Below, piece by piece: positions 63,589-64,000 of a DNA stretch of 64,000 nt. The notes under the pieces are model-generated. The model saw only the letters and a list, made by a program, of their open reading frames with translations. It did not search any database and was not told the origin of the DNA. Origin of the DNA: Felis catus (Eukaryota); NCBI RefSeq assembly GCF_018350175.1, contig NC_058368.1, positions 18,788,001 to 18,852,000 on the forward strand. The letters are read 5' to 3'. Position numbers and translations under genes: made by a program. Position 1 is the first letter of the stretch, and each line of letters begins with the position of its first letter.

Positions 63589-63791
63589 CATTTATTTCTT
63601 TTCAAGAGACACAGAGAGACAGAGCGTGAGCAGGGGCGGGGCAGAGAGAGAGGGAGACACAGAATCAGAAGCAGGCTCCAGGCTCAAAGCTGTCAGCACA
63701 AAGCCCGACGCGGGGCTTGAACCCACGAACCATGAGATCATGACCTGAGCCGAAGTCAGACGCTCAACCGACTGAGCCACCCAGGCGCCCC
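63589..63791 (-). mobile_element. Carnivore SINE, sense to FOXO1
   Basis: TSD gaggaa(c/a)aaaatttta at 63573-63588 and 63792-63807. Confidence 0.94.
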
Positions 63792-63809
63792 GAGGAAAAA
63801 AATTTTAAA

Positions 63810-63990
63810 AACTAGCCTTATGAAGCAATGTGGCCTTCTTTGGAGATCTCGACTCAAATCTCTGCCAGTTACTCGTTATACGACCTTAGGCAAATTACTT
63901 AAACTTTCTGTTTCCTCCACCATAAAATGAGGACAATAGTTACCCAAGGTTCCAGTAAGGTCACGTACTTTGAGCGTGGAGCAGCTCAGT
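63810..63990 (+). mobile_element. MIR
   Basis: gaccttaggcaaattacttaaactttctgtttcctccaccataaaatgaggacaatagt. Confidence 0.75.
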
Positions 63991-64000
63991 GGCTGGCCCA

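Larger units (their letters stand above)
31662..64000 (-). other. FOXO1: FOXO1 intron 1 (3' portion; continues past the window)
   Basis: No forkhead N-terminal coding sequence upstream of the exon 2 acceptor in this window. FOXO1 is known to have a very long first intron splitting the forkhead domain at this position. Confidence 0.93.

Noticed and set aside
707..63780. Recurring ORFs with TSAQVMIS/LEPASDSVS peptides (707, 10104, 11713, 16226, 41401, 59077, 63592) as a gene family
   Set aside because: They are translations of SINE bodies.
1..64000. CRISPR array, operon, proviral internal genes or another novel multi-gene system
   Set aside because: No repeat-spacer periodicity, no gag/pol/env-like or prokaryotic ORFs; all long ORFs are explained by FOXO1, L1, SINEs, simple repeats or chance.

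Overview
Mammalian genomic DNA, most likely felid (inferred from carnivore tRNA-derived SINEs of the SINEC_Fc type and a matching L1). The only protein-coding gene I can support is FOXO1 on the minus strand. The window holds about 32 kb of the 3' part of intron 1 (31662-64000; exon 1 is outside), coding exon 2 (31661-30306, stop TAA at 30326-30324), a 468-nt intron inside the 3'UTR, and a ~3.3-3.4 kb non-coding last exon (29837 to ~26450-26540). Downstream of the gene (1-26400) are a nested stack of retrotransposons (1-7100, including a 3.4-kb 5'-truncated, disabled L1), a CpG-rich orphan segment (~8.3-10.8 kb), further L1/SINE/MIR/L2 copies and DNA-transposon fossils. I found no evidence of a new multi-gene system. 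The best leads are small: a non-canonical FOXO1 poly(A) region overlapping a miR-135 8mer and a Pumilio element; three miR-223 sites; competing 5' splice sites just after the stop codon; a candidate recursive splice site; a tailless U6 copy joined tail-to-tail to an old L1; a SINE with an apparently inverted tail; and GC-shifted repeats in the CpG-rich segment. Repeat family names come from recalled consensus sequences and need RepeatMasker/Dfam confirmation.
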